This document shows positions 36,405 through 38,684 of a stretch of DNA of 38,684 bases, piece by piece. A program made the translations under genes and the position numbers. This DNA comes from a virus (Duplodnaviria; Caudoviricetes): the IMG/VR virus record IMGVR_UViG_3300031965_000086, positions 1-38,684 of that record; one strand, 5' to 3'. Numbering within the stretch: position 1 is the first letter of the stretch; each line of letters opens with the position of its first letter. The notes under the pieces were generated by a model. It worked only from the letters and a program-made list of their open reading frames with translations, was not told the origin of the DNA and did not search any database.

Positions 36405-37685
36405 TTAATCTTTATAAGGGTCGAATTCGTCGCTACCTGCCATACATACTATAAGTGGCCTAAGCGTATGTAATATTCTAATCGTACCATCATGTTCTGC
36501 AAGAACGTCTGGTAAAAACTTATATACTTCTGGTGCCTCGTCAGCGCCTGCGCCTTTCAAAATTATGTTGTCTGCTCTCAGCCTGTCTTGCACAGCACTA
36601 AAGTCTACTTCACCTTTTGCAGTTTGAACCCATCCTTTCCATTTATGTGTTTTACCTCCACATATAGGGCACTTAGGGTTAGGCTCACCTTTAGCTAGTG
36701 TTCTATTGTTAAGTTCACCTTCACAATCGCGATTACCGCATTTAAATAACTTCTTAAATCTCTTTTTACCTGCAGCTTGTGTTCTAGACATGATACGGCC
36801 AGCGCCATGCACTGTAGAATAATAAGCTTCTTTAGATAATGCTGAATCTACACCTTCTATAATTACAGCGTTGTCTTCCATAGATCCACCAACAAAACCT
36901 TTTTGCCCAGGGAAAGCCGGAGTAGCGCCTTTTCTTACAACCCAATAATATTCCCCGTTGTGAGTTTCTTTCCATGCGAAGTTGTGGTGATTATGCACTT
37001 CTTCGATAATATCGGCACCAATTATTTCTGCGACTTTATTGCACACCCATTCACGACCGGCATAAGCATATTCACCCGCTAGGTTCATACAATCAATGTA
37101 GTTTTGACCTTCGGCCGAGTTAACATCTAGCGTATGCGGGGTCTCATCCATAATATTGGTGTTATCTCCAGCTAGCTTCATGAAATGGGAGGCTATCGTA
37201 TGACCTAAACCCCGGCTGCCGAAGTGAACCCCCACCCATATGTAGCCATTCTCATCTACAAATACATCTACATAATGGTTACCAGATCCTATCGTGCCTA
37301 ACTGCGAATACGCCTTGTCTTTAAATCTATAAGCAAATGTATCTATAATATCCCATGTTTTACTTTTGAAAAGAGGGCTATCAATTTTCTCGTTATTGCT
37401 TCTACCTACTCCAAATTCAAGTTTGCTAAAAATTTTATCGGCTATAGCTGGTAGATCTAACTGGATATCTTGCAGTTTTACATCTAACTTAACTGCTTTA
37501 TTGCCACAAGCTATATCAAAGCCCACGCCTGCTGGACTAATTTTATCTTTGTATACAGCAACACCACCAACTGGCATTCCATAGCCCTTGTGGTTATCTG
37601 CCATAAGCACAAAATCTATAGCTTCTTTTAAGCAGTTATTAGCCTGTTCTATAGCTCCATTTTCTGCTTCTCCAAATATTTTCAT
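36405..37685 (-). CDS. rtcB: RtcB-family RNA ligase with Zn-ribbon insertion
   Basis: AD.H.GYG.PVGG, GFDIACG, GSGNHY, HFGSRG.G, HNHHN, RKGAT, HGAGR, DEAP.VYK. Confidence 0.95.
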   Translation of the reverse strand: MKIFGEAENGAIEQANNCLKEAIDFVLMADNHKGYGMPVGGVAVYKDKISPAGVGFDIACGNKAVKLDVKLQDIQLDLPAIADKIFSKLEFGVGRSNNEKIDSPLFKSKTWDIIDTFAYRFKDKAYSQLGTIGSGNHYVDVFVDENGYIWVGVHFGSRGLGHTIASHFMKLAGDNTNIMDETPHTLDVNSAEGQNYIDCMNLAGEYAYAGREWVCNKVAEIIGADIIEEVHNHHNFAWKETHNGEYYWVVRKGATPAFPGQKGFVGGSMEDNAVIIEGVDSALSKEAYYSTVHGAGRIMSRTQAAGKKRFKKLFKCGNRDCEGELNNRTLAKGEPNPKCPICGGKTHKWKGWVQTAKGEVDFSAVQDRLRADNIILKGAGADEAPEVYKFLPDVLAEHDGTIRILHTLRPLIVCMAGSDEFDPYKD

Positions 37686-37700
37686 ATATTAATATTTAAT

Positions 37701-37976
37701 TTAAAAAGGTAAATCTTCAGGATCTATCGTATTTTTACTTGCATCGTCTTCTTTAAGTTTTGGTTTAAAAGTGTTTTCATACACTGTGTGTGTTTCGCCA
37801 AATTTACCAGTCTCACGGCGTGCACTCATGGTTAGTCTAACATGTGCTTTACCGTCTTTATGTACGCTCTTTGGTAACGCTATCATGTCATCTAGACACA
37901 GGTATAAATTAAATAGTTCCCCGCCGTCTTTAAATTCGACTTTGGTTCCGCTTCCTACGAAGTTTTTTTGCTCCAT
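37701..37976 (-). CDS. Small SSB-like protein
   Basis: Acidic C-terminal tail EDLPF; lies near Sak. Confidence 0.6.
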   Translation of the reverse strand: MEQKNFVGSGTKVEFKDGGELFNLYLCLDDMIALPKSVHKDGKAHVRLTMSARRETGKFGETHTVYENTFKPKLKEDDASKNTIDPEDLPF

Positions 37977-37993
37977 TTTGGTTTAGTAAAATA

Positions 37994-38341
37994 TTAATTA
38001 AGTAAATCTTTTATCTCCTGTATTTTTTTATCCATCCACCGGGTATAGAAGCTATCAAAGTTGCTTTCCTTATCTGATAAGTTCTGTTTCCAGTACACGA
38101 ATAACACATTTCTAAGCCTAGCGCTTGGTGACTTAGCACCTGCGTCTGTATCAATCTTAATCGTATCAGGCGCGCTGTAATCTAGTGGATTAAGTAGCAC
38201 GTCTAGATTTATATCACTAAGCTCAAAAAACGCCGCTGCCTGGCTAGGGGTAACTTCTGGTGTTACAACCCTAAAACTCAGACTACGATCTTTTCTTGAG
38301 CTAATACTAGTTATAATCCCCTGTGTTTTAATCGCTTTCAT
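37994..38341 (-). CDS. Conserved phage hypothetical protein in the recombination module
   Basis: KSPSARLRNVLF.YW...FD.FY. Confidence 0.7.
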   Translation of the reverse strand: MKAIKTQGIITSISSRKDRSLSFRVVTPEVTPSQAAAFFELSDINLDVLLNPLDYSAPDTIKIDTDAGAKSPSARLRNVLFVYWKQNLSDKESNFDSFYTRWMDKKIQEIKDLLN

Positions 38342-38425
38342 GTTGTGCCATTTTCAAAGCTTCGTAAGATGTTTGCATTGCGTTACGTTGTAAATCTGTT
38401 AGCTTATATTCTGTTTCGAAGTAGC

Positions 38426-38557
38426 TCATTTCAATAAAGTCCCCCTTATCGGTTGTAGCGCCTTCGAGGGTAATTCCTTTGGTTTGCTAGTCTTGTTAAT
38501 GTAGTCAGTTAGCTGAATACCATCCCATATAATATTGCCTAAACTATCAGTCGGGTA
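38426..38557 (-). CDS. Sak-like protein, 3' part
   Basis: In-frame continuation YPTDSLGNIIWDG...TLLK* after circularisation. Confidence 0.85.
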   Translation of the reverse strand, partial: YPTDSLGNIIWDGIQLTDYINKTSKPKELPSKALQPIRGTLLK

Positions 38558-38684
38558 GTATTTGCCATTCGTGTGCTTCTTAGTCTTTAGTTTAACTATT
38601 GGCTGCTCATATAAGAATCTACCAACTCCCCACTTAACTGCGGCGCGTTTGAAAGCGTCGCTAGCTTGCCCTTTTTCAGCTTCA
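38558..38684. repeat. Terminal overlap, right copy
   Basis: Identical to 1-127. Confidence 0.95.

Noticed and set aside
38421-38436. AATGAGCTAC at the Sak stop matches the outer stem of the tRNA-like RNA (possible antisense target)
   Set aside because: A 10-nt match can arise by chance in a genome this size, and the complementary strand is sequestered in the stem
38328-38490. Possible frameshift extension of Sak into the -1 frame (…FIEMSYFETEY…)
   Set aside because: No canonical slippery site; a small ATGA-coupled 33-aa ORF at 38429-38328 explains it equally well
38558-38684. 127-bp terminal repeat as a biological DTR
   Set aside because: It falls inside the Sak gene and matches an assembler k-mer length; PBSX-type terminases usually give circularly permuted genomes
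1-38684. Stop-codon reassignment, DGR, retron, intein or self-splicing intron
   Set aside because: Genes tile densely in code 11 with all three stops used; no reverse transcriptase or intein motifs; core genes are uninterrupted

Overview
The window is a complete, circularly assembled ~38,557-bp tailed dsDNA phage genome with siphovirus architecture. Bases 1-127 repeat exactly at 38558-38684, and a Rad52/Sak-like recombinase gene runs across the junction. Plus strand (~0.9-26.6 kb): an HTH replication initiator with an internal iteron origin, a DnaB-type helicase, small genes including a YqaE/Pmp3 proteolipid missing from the ORF track, a 7-gene glycosylation cluster (GT-B, four GT-A-like, an NDP-sugar epimerase/dehydratase, a SAM methyltransferase), then terminases, a portal-MuF fusion, HK97-type head genes, neck and tail genes with a -1 frameshifted chaperone, amidase and holin. 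Minus strand (~26.6-38.6 kb): VRR-NUC, an SLT transglycosylase, a signal-peptide beta-helix glycan enzyme, a CYTH-like protein, a ~600-bp structured non-coding region containing a tRNA-like RNA with an oversized anticodon arm, a hexapeptide-repeat protein, YopX, HNH, many membrane microproteins, an intact RtcB RNA ligase with a Zn-ribbon insert, an SSB-like protein and Sak. No integrase, DNA polymerase, reverse transcriptase or CRISPR was seen. Mostly SD-less starts, sigma70-type promoters and no spanins suggest a monoderm host, possibly Patescibacteria/CPR (inference only). The best novelty candidates are the RtcB + tRNA-mimic/structured RNA + CYTH set and the glycosylation cluster. All calls come from motif reading by eye; no searches or folding programs were run.
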